From the NCBI RefSeq assembly GCF_009914755.1, contig NC_060933.1: DNA of 64,000 nt. One strand, written 5' to 3'. This DNA comes from the human T2T-CHM13v2.0 reference genome, Homo sapiens. This document shows, in pieces, positions 13,629-30,455 of this stretch (position 1 is the stretch's first letter; the number at the start of each line of letters is the position of its first letter). The notes under the pieces were generated by a model. That model was not told the origin of the DNA. It worked only from the letters and a program-made list of their open reading frames with translations, and searched no databases. The position numbers were made by a program, and so were the translations under genes.

Positions 13629-15291
13629 TAGGCCAACAAAGTTTTTAAAACTCATTTCAATCCTAAGATTTCATGATGATATAATTCAGAGTTGCACTTT
13701 CTTTTCGATTTTTCATAATTCCTTGAATGAAAACTACAAAAACACACACACATACACATATGAACAAAGAGAACAAAAATGAATGTTTTGAATGCACAAA
13801 AATTACCTCTGAGAAAGTAAAAAAAAAAAAAAGGCAGAAATAACATAAACCTGTAAGATGAAAACCATAATTCTGTAACAGGTCAAAATCAATTCACAAT
13901 TTAAACTAATGAAAACTATGGTTAGCACATGCTTACAAAAATATTCATTACAGTTCTAATTTAATTTCTGTTCTCTAAGCAGCTGTAATAGAATCAGTGA
14001 ATATTTCCATAATATCTTTTATGTGCATGTCAGTGAGATAAGTTTCATACTCAAAGATTTCTAATTGATTAGACCATAAAATAAGCCTTTTGTTCAAAGA
14101 AGAGCAAAAATCAAAAAATAAGAAAGATGACAGTTTACCTTTTAGAGATATACTTCATACAGATATCTGGAGGCTGTTAAAATACTGAATGAAAGCAATA
14201 GGCTAGGCAATAAAATCGTGAAATTATCCAAGGAGTCTTAGCCACAACAACTAAACAAGGACATAGGCATATCTTTATGGAGCTGTTTGAAAATGGAAGA
14301 TTGGCTTATTCTATTTCAAAGATGTTTGCAAATGAGTTACTTTGCAAATAGAAATATCTGGAGGATGATTCAATAGAGCCACTAAAGCAAGTAACTTCTA
14401 GTTTTGTTAGTAAGTTTTGAAAATATTACTGGCTTGTGTCATGCCCTTATATACTACATTCTGTCCTTCTTCTGATTTTAAGATTGGATTTGAGCATCGG
14501 AAAATATTTACCCCCACATGTACATTTTTAAATCTCATTTCATATTTCATTTTCCTCATTTCTACAATGTTGACCATAACACTTATATGACAGAGTTCTT
14601 ATGCACACTAACAGTATAAAATAAATTCAAGTCTTTATAAATTGGTAAGAATACATTAACATGAACTGTTACTATTTTCTCCTTGGTAAGGATTTAAACA
14701 AATGGAAGCTTTCATGACCAATCTGCCAAGTATTCAAAAAAAATGTAAATGTCAATAAGGACACCACAAATGTCTTTGATCCACAATATGTTTATTTCTG
14801 TATTTTTTAAAAAGTTTATATCCATCTACCTATTACCAAGTAAATCAATAAACGCTATCCTTGAAACCCCTCTTTACATCTATGACCACTCCTTTTCTCT
14901 TTCCTTCTCTGATTACTTTTTCTTTTTCCTAGACTGATTCTCTAGATGATTTTCCCCTTCAGAATTTTCCACATTATCATCTGCCACTTAGAAATCATAA
15001 TAATCTTGGGGGGCATTCCAAGATGGCTGAATAGGAACAGCTCTGGTCTGCAGCTCCTAGCGTGAAGGACGCAGAAGATGAGTGATTTCTGCAACCAACT
15101 AAGGTACCTGCTTTATCTCATTGGCAATGGTTGGACAGTGGGGGCAGTCCATGCAGGGCAAGCTGAAGCAGGGCGGGGCATGGCAAGCTGAGGCGGGGCA
15201 TGGCAAGCTGAAGCAGGGCAGGGCATTGCCTCACCGGAAGCACAAGGGGTCTGGGGATTTCCCTTTCCTAGCCAAGGGAAGCCATGACAGA

Positions 15292-15486
15292 CTACCTGGA
15301 AAAACGGGACACTTCCACCCAAATAATGTGCTTTTCCCAAGGTCTTAGCAACTGGCAGACAAGGAGATTCCCTCCCATGCCTGAATCAGCAGGTCCCATG
15401 CCTATGAAGCCTTGCTCACTGCTAGTGGAGCAACCTGAGATTGAACCACAAGGCAGCAGCCTGACTGGGGGAGAGGCATCTGCCAT
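15292..15486 (-). CDS. L1 antisense ORF0 homologue, 64 aa, uninterrupted
   Basis: MADASPPVRLLPCGSISGCSTSSEQGFIGMGPADSGMGGNLLVCQLLRPWEKHIIWVEVSRFSR is colinear with L1HS ORF0 as recalled (MAGAPPPASLPPCSLISDCC...IRVGVTRFSR); gcaATGg start context. Expression unknown. Confidence 0.7.
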   Translation of the reverse strand: MADASPPVRLLPCGSISGCSTSSEQGFIGMGPADSGMGGNLLVCQLLRPWEKHIIWVEVSRFSR

Positions 15487-16081
15487 TGCTGAAGCTTGAG
15501 TAGGTAAATGAAGTGGCTGGGAAGCTCGAACTAGGCAGAGCCCACTGCAGCTCAAGAAGGCCCACTGCCTCTAGACTCCACCTCTGTGGGCAGGGCATAG
15601 CTGAACAAAAGGCAGCAGACAACTTCTGAAGACTTAAATGTCACTGTCTGACAGCTCTGAAAAGAGCAGTGGTTATCCCAGCATGGCGTTTGAGTTCTGA
15701 GAACAGAGAGACTGACTCCTCAAGTGGGTCCCTGGCCCCTGTGTAGCCTAACTGGGAGACACCTCCCAGTAGGGGCTGACAGACATCTCATATAGGTGGC
15801 TGCCCCTCTGGGACGAAGCTTCCAGAGGAAGGATTAGGCAGCAATATTTGCTGTTCTGCAATATTTGCTGTTCTGCAGCCTCCACTGGTGATACCCAGGC
15901 AAATAGTCTGGAGTGGACCTCCAGGAAACTCCAACAGACCTGCAGCTGAGAGACCTGACTGATAGAAGGAAAACTAACAAACAGAAAGGAATAGCATCAA
16001 CATCAAAAAAAGATCATGTACACCAAAACCCCACCTGTAGGTAACCAACATCAAAGAACAAAGGTAGATAAAATGACAAAG

Positions 16082-17099
16082 ATGGGGAGAAACCAGAGCA
16101 GAAAAGGTGAAAATTCTAAAAATCAGAGCACCTCTTCTCCAAAGGATCGCAGCTCCTCACCAGCAATGGAACAAAGCTGGGTGGACAATGAATTTGACAA
16201 GTTGACAGAAGTAGGCTTCAGAAGGTCAATAATAAGAAACTTCTTTGAGCTAAAGGAGGATGTTCAAACCCATTGAGAAGTTAAAACCTTGAAAAAAGAT
16301 TAGATGAATGGCTAACCAGAATAAACAGTGTAGAGAAGTGCTTAAATGACCTGATGGAGCTGAAAACCATAGCATGAGAACTTTGTGACGCATGCACAAC
16401 TTTCAATAGACAATGAGATCAAGTGGAAGAAAGGGCATCAGTGATTTAAGACCAAATTAATGAAATAAAGCGAGAAAACAAGGTTAGAGAAAAACGGTAA
16501 AAAGAAACTAACAAAGCCTCCAAGAAATATGGGACTATGTGAAACAACCAAATCTACAATTGATTGGTGTGCCTGAAAGTGATGGTGAGAATGGAACCAA
16601 GATGAAAAACACTCTTGAGGCTATTATCCAGGAGAACTTCCCCAACCTAGCAAGGCAGGCCAACATTCAAATTCAGGAAATACAGACACCACCACAAAGA
16701 TACTCCTCGAGAAGAGCAACCCCAAGACACACAATTGTAAGATTCACCAAGGTTGAAATGAACGAAAAAGTGTAAAGGGCAGCCAGAGAGAAAGGTCGAG
16801 TTACCCACAAAGAGAAGCCCATGAGACTAACAACGGATCTCTTGGCAGAAACCCTAAAAGCTAGAAGAGAGTGGGGATCTATATTCAGCATTCCTAAAGA
16901 AAAGAATTTGCAATCCAGAATTTCATATCCAGCCAAACTAAGCTTCATAAGTGAAGGAGCAATAAAATCCTTTACAGACAAGCAAATGCTGAGAGATTTT
17001 GTCACCACAAGGCCTGCCTTACAAGAGCTCCTGAAGGAAGCACTAAACATGGAAAGAAACAAGCGGTACCAGCCACTGCAAAAACATGTCAAATTGTAA
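16082..17099 (+). pseudogene. L1 ORF1p remnant
   Basis: Fragments MGRNQSRKGENSKNQ, NLQLIGVPESDGENG and RISYPAKLSFISEG, broken by stops and frameshifts. Confidence 0.95.
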
Positions 17100-17162
17100 A
17101 GACCATGGATGTTATGAAGAAACCGCATCAATTAACGGGCAAAATAATCAGCAAACCTCTTA

Positions 17163-21007
<3,845 letters not shown>

Positions 21008-21805
21008 ACAATGAGATCACTTGGACACAGGAAGGGGAACATCACACATCAGGGCCTGTCAGGGGGTGGGGGGCTGGGGGAGGGATAGCATTAGGAGATA
21101 TACCTAATGTAAATGATGAATTGATGTGTGCAGCAAACCAAATGGCACATGTATACCTATGCATCAAACCTGCACGTTGTGCACATGTGCATTAGAACTT
21201 AATGTATAATAAAAAATAAAAATCATAATAATCTTAAAGTCATCATGTAATTGAGATTTTGACAATTGTCACCGAATCAATAAATCCATGGCTATATTAC
21301 ATAGGAAATGTCTCTATTTAGATGGTTTCCTTCTCTGTCACAAGAGTTCCCCGAATAAACTACCCTTTTTCTTCCTTAGAATCTTTCCTAAATGTACTAG
21401 TTCTTCTGCCAACGGAACCTCAAACGTCCAGCCAGTCTTTTCAGACATCTCTTACTTCATTTTATGCATTCATTTTTGCTTTAAAGTCCCATCTCTCTGC
21501 AAGTCTTCTTGGACATGCCTCTGAAATGTCTATAGAACTCACCCTTTACTTGACCCTAATTATAACTAGTTTAGCCCAGGATTCCTAGGAATTCTTCTGG
21601 GCTATTTCAAAAGCCAACCAGATCACAACTCAAAACAGAGTTTAGACAAATACATTCTCTAAGACACTTTTGAAGATTGCAAAAGTGAGGAACTATATAG
21701 GGATAGGAAGAGAGAGACTAAGTCACAACTATGTTTACTGATACAAAGGGCAGGAGAACATCCAGACTTGTAGAGGGAATCACTGACATTCAGAGCCAAA
21801 CCTGG

Positions 21806-24058
21806 TATATTAGTCCATTTTCATGCTGCTAATAAAGACACATCTGAGACTGGGCAATTTACAAAAGAAAGAAATTTAATGGACTCACAGCTCCACGTGG
21901 CTGGGGAGGCCTCACAATCATGAAGGAAGGTGAAAGGCACATTTCACAAGGCAGCAGACAAGAGGAGAGAGCTTGTGTGGGGGAACTCCCCTTTCTGAAA
22001 CCGTCAGATCTCATGAGACTTATTCACTGTTATGAGAAAAGCACAGAAAAGACCTGCTCCCATGATTCAGTTACCTCCCACTGGGTCCCTCCCACAACAT
22101 GTGGGAATTCAAAATGAGATCTGGGTGGGGACACAGCCAAACCATATCACTCTGCACCTAGCCCCTCCCAAATCACATGTCCTCACATTTCAAAACCAAT
22201 CATGCCCTCCCAACAGTTCCCCAAAGTCTTAACTCATTTCATCATTAACTCAAAAGTCCACAGTCTAAAGTCTCATCTGAAGACAAGGCAAGTCCCTTTC
22301 ACCTATAAGCCCATACAATCAAAAACAAGTTAATTATTTCCTAGATAAAATGGAGGTACAGGCATTGGGTAAATATACCCATTCCTACTGGGAGCAATTG
22401 GCCAAAACAAAGGGACTATGAGTCCCATGCAAGTCCAAAATTTAGAGGGGCAGTCAAATCTTAAAGCTCCAAAATGATCTCCTTTGAATCCATGTCTCAC
22501 ATCCAGGTCATTCTGATGCAAGAGGTGCGTTCCTATTGTCTTGGGTAGCTCTGCCCCTGTGGCTTTGCAGGGTACAGACTCCCACCCGAATGCTTTAATG
22601 GGCTGCTGTTGAGTGTCCATGGCTTTTTCAGGCACATAGTGCAAGCTGTCGTGGATCTACCATTCTGAGGTCTAGAGAATGGTGGCCCTCTTCTTACAGC
22701 TCCACAAGGCAGTTCCCCAGTGGGGACTCTGTGGGAGCTCCAGTCCCACATTTTCCCTCTGCATATCCCTAGCAGGGGTTCTCCATGAGGGCCTTGCCCC
22801 TGAAGCAAACTTTTTCTTGGACATCCATGCATTTCCACACAACCTCTAAAATCTGGGTGGAGGTTCCCAAACCACAATTTTTGACTTCTGTGCACTTGCA
22901 GGCTCAAAACCATGTGGAAACTCTCAAGGCTTGGGGCTTTCACCCTGTGATGCCATGGCCTGAGTTCTACATTGGCCCCTTTCAGCCACGGCTGTAGCAG
23001 CTGGGACACAGGGCACCAAAACCCTAGGCTGCACACAGCAGGGGAACCCAGGGACTGGACCACAAAACCACTGTTTCCTCCTAGGCCTCAGGGCCTGTGA
23101 TAGGAGGGGCTGCCATGAAGTCCTCTGACATGCCCTGAAGACATTTTCCCCAATGTCTTAAGAATTAACATTAGGCTCCTTCTTAGGTATGCAAATTTCT
23201 GCAACCAGCTTAGATTTCTCCTTAGAAAATGGGATTTTCTTTTCTATCACATTGTCAGGCTGCAAATTTTCCAAACTTTTATGCTCTGCTCCCCTTATAA
23301 AACTGAATGCCTTTAACAGCACTCATGTCACCCCTTGAACTCTTTGCTGCTTAGAAATTTCTTCCACCAGATACCCTAAATCATCTCTCTCAAGTTCAAA
23401 GTTCCATAAATCTCTAGGGCAGGGGCAAAATGCCACCATTCTCTGCTGAAACATAACAAGAGTCACCTTTTCTCCAATTCCCAACAAGCGCCTCATCTCC
23501 ATCTGAGACCACCTCAGCCTGGACTTTATTGTCCACATTGCTATCAGCATTTTGGTCAAAGCCATTCAACAAATCTCTAGGAAGTTCCAAACTTTCCCAC
23601 ATTTTTCTGCCTTCTTCTGAGACCTCCAAACTCTACCTGTTACCCAGTTCCAAAGTTGCTTCCACATTTTTGGGTATCTTTTCAGCAGTGTCCCACTGTG
23701 CTGGTACCAATTTACTATATTAGTCCATTTATACACTGCTGATAGAGACATACCCAAAACTAGGCAACTAACAAAAGAAAGAGATTTAATGGACTCACAG
23801 TTCCACATGGCTGAGGTGGCCTCACAATCATGGCAGAAGGTGAAAGGTATGTTTCACATGGTGGCAGACAAGAGAAAAGAGCTTGTGCAGGGGAACTACC
23901 CCTGATAAAGCAAGCCATCAGACCATGAGGCTTATTCACTATCATGAGAACAGCATGGGAAAGAACTACCATGATTCAATTACCTCCCACCAGATCCCTC
24001 CCACAACATGTGGGAATTTAAGATGAGATTTGGGTGGGGACATAGCCAAACCATATCA
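21806..24058 (-). mobile_element. Complete THE1 MaLR element (LTR 21806-22149, internal 22150-23715, LTR 23716-24058)
   Basis: Two ~345-bp directly repeated THE1 LTRs, ~1.57 kb THE1 internal region, 5-bp TSD cctgg at 21801-21805 and 24059-24063. Confidence 0.96.
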
Positions 24059-27000
24059 CCTGGCAAAGCGATTAGGTAGAAAAAAATGGGCTTTTTAAGT
24101 CACTTAATTGTGGGTTTGATTCTGTTGCCTGTGATTCCTAAACTTAGCAAATGAATGTAAAATGGATAACACAATCACACGTGACTCCAAAATGTTAGCT
24201 CTTTCCAATGTTAAAATCTCCTTCACCATCTTTAATGCAGGGTGCTCCCTTTCTTCACATCCTGCTGACTTAAAACACTACTTTTATCAGATTTGCTTTT
24301 GTTCAGATGTCTATAATTATTTTCTATTATAATTTCAAACATTTTTTAGTTCCTCTGATGACTTCCAGGCCTTTTATTACCTGACAATATACTTTTGAAT
24401 CCCAGATTTTTTTTCTGGTTGTCTTGGCAAACTGGCTTTGTACCACTTAAACTGCTTCATTACCCTCTAAATACACCTAGGTCCTCCTGCTCTGATAGTA
24501 TTTATTGTTTTCCTTGAGGCTGGAACCATCTCCTCCAATAAATCTATAAACATTCTTCAAGGCTTAGCAAGAGTTCCACTTACTCCATAAAATTCTATCC
24601 ACTTTCTCTCGGCCACTTTCCTCTCTTTAACATCTCTATATACTTAAAAGCAAACGTTGAATGGACAAATTGATGGTTAGTTAAAAGTAGAAAATCTGGG
24701 AGTTGAGGAAAAAAATGGCAGATAGAAGGCAGGACTAACTTGCAGCTCCGACTTGGATGAACAGAGCAGTTTGTGGACACTCACATCATGAACATGTGCT
24801 TTAAGAACTACTGCAGGAATATACCAAGAAAGCTGAAAGAATCCACAGACCCTTTGAAGGAGGTGGCTTGCCACTGCAGGCTCTGTGGAACAACTGAGGA
24901 ACTTTCTGTGCTTTCTCACCTGAGAGGCCTGTAGCCTGGTCAAATTCTCAGCTCTGCTCACCAGCTGCCTGGAAATAAACTCGAGTGTTGTTGGGGAAGC
25001 ATAGTAGGAGTGAGACTGGACTTTCTGGCTCTGAGCTGCATGGGAACTGGGTGAGGCCTGTGGCTTCCAGCTTTCCCCTACTTCCCTGGTGACTTGTGTG
25101 ATGCAGCGGAGACAGGTACAATACCCCTGGTAACATAATTCCATTGGCCCTGGGAACCACATACCCATTCCCCACAGCAGCTGCAGCAGGCCCCACCCAA
25201 GGCTCAGACATGCCTAACCCTACCCCCACCTGATGGACTTTCTCTACCAGTCCTGGTAGCTGAAGTCAAAAGACATAATCACTTCGGAGCTCTATGGCCC
25301 TGTCCACTCCCTGATCCTTCCTATACTACCAGAGCTGATGTGCTCTTCAAAGCACCACCTCCTGGCTGGAGGCCAACTAACACAAAACCAGTACACGTAA
25401 CAAAAACACAACCAAGGAACCTCACAGAGTTCACTGCACTCCCCTGCTACCTCCACCAGAGTAGCTGCTGGTATCCAAGGCTGAGAGACCTGAAGATGGA
25501 TCAAGTCACAGGATCCTTTGCAGACACTCCCCAGTACCAGCCAGAGCCTGGTAGGTCCACTGGGTGGCAAGATCCAGAAGAGGAAGAAAAATCACTGCAG
25601 TTTGACTCTCAGGAAGCCCATCCCTAGGGTAAAGGGGAGAGCACCACATCAAGGAAGACCCCATGGAAGAAAAAATTCTGAACAGCAGCCCTTGATGCCC
25701 AGATCTTCCTTCTGACATAGAATACTCAAATGAGAAGAAACAAGAAAAATAATTCTGGTAATATGACGAAGCACGGTTCGTTAACATCCTCAAAATATCA
25801 CACTAGCTCACCAGCAGTGGATACAAACCAAGACCAAATCTCTGAATTGCCACAAAAAGAATTCAGAAGGTTGACTATAAAGTCAATCAAGAAGGCACCA
25901 GAGAAAGGTGAAGTCCAGCTTAAAGAAATAAAAGACATACAGGATATGAGTGGAAATATCTCCAGTGAAATAGATCGCATAAATAAAAAACAATCACAAC
26001 TTCTGGAAATCAAGGACACACATAGAGAAATGCAAAATGCTCTAGAAATTCTAACAATAGAATTGAATAAGTAGAAAAAAATCTTTAGAGCTTGAAGACA
26101 AGGCTTTCCAATTAACCCAATACAAAAAAAAAAAAAAGAATTAAAAAAAGAACAAACCCTCCAAGAAGTTTGGGGTTATATTAAACAACCAAACCTAAGA
26201 ATAATTGGTGTTCCAGAGGAAGAAGAGAAATCTAAACGTTTTGAAAACATAGTTGAGAGAATAATCAAGGAAAACTTTTCTGGCCTTGCTAAAGATCTAG
26301 ACCATCAAATACCAGAAGCTCAAAGAGTAACTGGGAAATTCATCACAAAAAGATCATCACCTAGGCACATAGTCGTCAAGTTATGTAAAGTCAAGACAAA
26401 GGAAAGAATCTTAAGAGTTGTGAGGCAAAACCATGAGATAACCTATAAAGGAAAACCTATCAATCAGATGAACAGCAGATTTCTCAGCAGAAACCCTACA
26501 AGCTAAAAAAGATTGGGATCCTATCTTTAGCCTCCTTAAACAAAACAACTGTCAGCCAAGAATTTTGTCTTCAGCAAAACTAAGCTTCATAAATTAGGCA
26601 AAGATACGGTCTTTTTCAGACAACCAAATGCTGAGAGAATTTGCCACTTCCAGGCCAGCACTACAAAACCTGCTAAAACGAGCTCTAAATCTTGAAAGAA
26701 ATCCTTGAAACACACCAAAATAGGATCTCCCATAAGCATAAATGTCACAGGACCTATAAAACAATAACACAATGAAAAAAATGTATGCAGGAAACAAATA
26801 GCACAATAAATAAAATAGTAGATTGCATCTCAAAATGCTAACGTTGAATGTAAATGGCCTAAATGCTTCATTTAAAATATACTAAATGGCAGAATGGATA
26901 AGAACTCACTAACCAACTACCTGCTGTCTTCAAGAGACTCATCTGACACATAAGGACTCACATAAACTTAAGGTAAAGGGTGGAAAATGATACTCCATAC

Positions 27001-27110
27001 AAATGGACACCAAAAGCAAGCAGGAGTAGCTGTTCTTACATCAGATAAAACAAACTTTAAAGTAACAGCAGTTTAAAAACACAAAGAGGGACATTATATA
27101 ATGATAAAAG

Positions 27111-27569
27111 TGTAAGGTCCTCTCAGCAGGCTGTGCCATGGTCAAGCCGTCATGACCCCTGTGACCCACACGTACACATCCAGAAGGTCTCCTGGAGCCA
27201 GAAAGTCTGGCACAACAGGAAAACCACAACAGAAGAAAAACAGCTAGTTCCTGTCTTAGCTGATTAGCCAAACTTGCGACATTCTACCATCGTAACAGGC
27301 TCTACCCTAACTGATCAATCAACCTCGTGACACTCAGCTCTGTAAATGTGTGATAATGTACCTTGTGACATTCTTCCACTGCCTGCAAAAACTGGCCCCT
27401 AACTGTAACTTTCCACTGCCTAACCCTAACCTATAAAACCACTCCAATCCCACCACCTGCTGCTGACTCCCTTTTCAGACTCAGCCTGTTCACACCCAAG
27501 TGAATAAACGCCTTGTTGCTTACATTTGGCCTGTTCTGGTTGTCTCTTCAATTAAATGCTCACATAACA
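27111..27569 (+). promoter_or_regulatory. Proviral 5' LTR (LTR7-related group)
   Basis: TG...CA ends; cccctgtgacccacacgtacacatccaga motif shared with LTR7-like LTRs; TATA cctataaaa ~27430; AATAAA ~27503. Confidence 0.92.
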
Positions 27570-27571
27570 TT

Positions 27572-27591
27572 TGGTGCCAAGAACCCGGGAT
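27572..27591 (+). other. Primer binding site, most similar to tRNA-Phe
   Basis: tggtgccaagaacccgggat, 2 nt after the LTR, compared with the Phe complement TGGTGCCGAAACCCGGGAT. Confidence 0.75.
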
Positions 27592-28082
27592 AGGGGAACT
27601 CCTCCAGGAGTCCTCTCCCCTATCCTCCCCGCACCCACATTCTTCCATCGTAGAGACTCCCCTCAACTGCAGGACCTCAGACCAGCCCCACGAATGCTCC
27701 TGCTTCTGTCTATGGATCAGATAAGCTGCCTCTCACTTCTTCTTACATCCCTTCTTATATCCCTCCTTTCCAGATTGAGACAAGGAAACTCTCTTTATCT
27801 TTGTTTCAGAAATCCAACGTTGGTCACGGACTCTTCTTGGGAAGACAGTCTCCCCTCGCTGTTTGGTCAATGCCGGGGATGCCCACCTTGGCCATTTGCC
27901 AGCCACATAACCCAAGACCTCTGTTGGGCATGCCCACTGAGGAGCCTAGTGGTTGCTCTTTTCCTTGTCTCCCTCTTTGTCCTCAAAACTTCAGCCCCCA
28001 TCCGCCCCCCGCCCCCCGAGGAGCCTAGAGGTTGCTCTTTTTCTTGTCTCCATCTTTGTCCTCAAAACTTCACCTGTCTACC

Positions 28083-29644
28083 ATGGGCAACCTCCCGCCC
28101 CCCCATCCCTCCTTCTTCCCCTCTGGCTTGTGTCCTCAAAAGCCTCAAAACTCTTCAGCTTTCACCTGATCTAAAGCCTAAATGTCTAATTTTTTTCTGT
28201 TACATGGTCTGGCCCCAACACAAATTAGACAACGGCTCTTCAGTGGCCAGAAAGCAGCACTTGTGATTTCTCTATCTTGTGGGACTTAGACAACTTCTAT
28301 CACAAAATGGGTAAATGGTCTGAGGTACCCTATGCCAGGGGATTTATTACACTATTATCCCTCCCTCGCCTCTACTCCCAATGTGATCCATCCCAAATTT
28401 TCCTTATCTCCCTTCCGTCCACCCCTCTATCTTACACTGGCAGTGCTGATTCCTCCTTGTCTGTTGACCTCTCCGATCTTTCTCCCCACAACCTACCTGA
28501 ACCCAGCCCTAACTCTCCCCCAGAACCTAGCTCCTCTTCTACCCACAACCCACATCCTTATGCCCCTCTCATCACCACCCCTCCTCACACCTGATATGGC
28601 TTACAATTTGGTCCCACAGCCAGCTTCCCTGTCCCCACTCAACAATTTCCCCTTCGAGAGGTGGCCGGAGCTGAAGGAATAGTCCGGGTTCACGTCCCTT
28701 TCTATCTGTCCGACCTTTCCCAAATCAGTCAGTGTCTAGGCTCTTTTTCATCAAACCCCACCAAATACATACAGGAATTCCAATTCTTAACCCAGTCCTA
28801 TAATCTTACTTGGAATGACTTCAATGTCATCCTCATCTCTACTCTCACTCCTGAGGAGCGAGAGCAGGTTTGGACCCTAGCTCGAGCTTATGCCCATGAC
28901 GGCTGGCACCTTGAGCCTGGCCTCCAAGAAGGTGCTAGGGGCAGTACCCCAGGAAGACCCCCAGTGGACCTACCAAGCAGGGGGCCAAGGCATAGCCAGG
29001 CAGGACTACATGATCTCTTGCCTAGTTCAAGGGCTTCAAAGGTAGCATACAAAGCTGTCAATTATGAGAAACTAAAAGAGACCACTCAGAATAAAGATGA
29101 GAATCCAGCTCAGTTTATGGCCCACCTAGCTGCCACCCTCAGGTGGCATACAGCATTAGACCCTGAAAGGCTGGGGAGCTGCCTTATTCTTAACATGCAT
29201 TTTATCACCCAGTCAGCTCCTGACATTAGAAAGAAGCTTCAAAAATTAGAGTCTGGCCCTCAAACCCCACAATGGGAATTAATCAACCTTGCCTTAAGGT
29301 GTTCAATTATAGGGAAGAGGCTGCCTGGAGGCAGCACATTTCAGAACCACAGATGCTTGCCTCCACCGTAAGACAAACCTACCTCCAAGAACTTCAAGGC
29401 ATCCAAACTGCAGTGTCTAACCGCCCCTCCAGGGCCTTGCTTCAAGTGTCGAAAACCTGGCCACCGGGCCAAGGAATGCCCACAGCCCAGGATTCCCCCT
29501 ATGCCATGCCCCACCTGTGCAGGCTGTCACTGGATGTTGGACTGTCTGACTCTTATTGCCACTCTTGGAGCTCCTAGAGCTCAAAACTGAAACTCCCCAA
29601 CTGACTCCTTCCCAGATCTCCTCTGTTTGGTGGCTGAAGACTGA
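28083..29644 (+). pseudogene. gag: ERV gag remnant
   Basis: ATG GGC AAC start; AGAEGIVRVHVPF; QNKDENPAQF; FITQSAPDIRKKLQKL; zinc knuckle CFKCRKPGHRAKEC at ~29438-29479; frameshifted. Confidence 0.9.
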
Positions 29645-30455
29645 CGCTGCCCGAATGTCTTGGAGGCCCCCTGGACCATCACAGATGCCGAGCTTCAGGT
29701 AAATCTTATGATGGAAGGTAAGTCTGTCCCCTTCTTACTTGATATAGGGGCTACCCACTCCACATCACCTTCTCTCCAAGGGCATGTTTCCCTTGCCCCC
29801 ATAACTGTTGTGGGTATTGATGGTCAAGCTTCTAAACCCCTTAAAACTCCCCAACTCTGGTGTCAAATCAGGCAACATTCCTTTACACACTCCTTCCTGG
29901 TTATCCCCACCTGCCCAGTCCCCTTATTAGGCCAAGATATTTTAACTAAATTATCCACCTCCCTGACTATTCCTGGAATGCAGCCACATCTCATAGCTAC
30001 TCCTCTATCCAATTCCAATCCTCCCTTGCAACCTCCCCTTTCATCTCCCCACCTCAACCCTAAAGTATGGGATACTTTCACTCCTTCACTTGCAACTGAC
30101 CATTCACCCCTTATCATCCCATTAAAACATAACCACCCCTATCCTGCTCAACGCCAATACCCAATCCCACAACAGGCTTTAAGGGGCCTAAAGCCTGTTA
30201 TTACCCATCTAGTACAGCATGGCCTCTTAGTTTCTACCAACTCCCTTTACAACTCTCCCATCCTACCTGTCCAAAAACCAGATAAGTCCTACAGGCTAGT
30301 CCAAGACCTTCATCTTATTAATCAGATTGTCCTCCCCATCCATCCTGTTGTGCCAAGTCCTTGTACTCTCCTATCCTCAATACTCCCTTCCACAACTCAC
30401 TATTCTGTTATTGACCTCAAAGATGCCTTCTTTACCATCCCCTTACATCCCTCCC
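29645..30455 (+). pseudogene. pol: ERV protease plus N-terminal RT remnant, open frame but truncated
   Basis: FLLDIGATHS, PLLGQDILTKL, NSPILPVQKPDKSYRLVQDL and YSVIDLKDAFFTIPL; ends before the YxDD motif. Confidence 0.92.

Noticed and set aside
15841-15878. Tandem gcaatatttgctgttct x2
   Set aside because: As I recall, this is a feature of L1PA6/7-age 5'UTRs rather than specific to this locus.
21897-21909. PRDM9 hotspot motif in THE1 LTRs (also 51060-51072)
   Set aside because: Both read CCTCCCCAGCCAC, lacking the T of CCTCCCTnnCCAC; the other three THE1 LTRs diverge further. No hot allele in this haplotype.
22330-23972. Multiple 70-176 aa ORFs in the THE1 internal region (likewise 49725-50680)
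   Set aside because: Fragments of decayed MaLR internal sequence, not host genes.
27571-28266. 231-aa ORF as a novel gene or glyco-gag
   Set aside because: It starts at a TTG overlapping the PBS and runs through C-rich leader into early gag before a frameshift and stop; no independent support.
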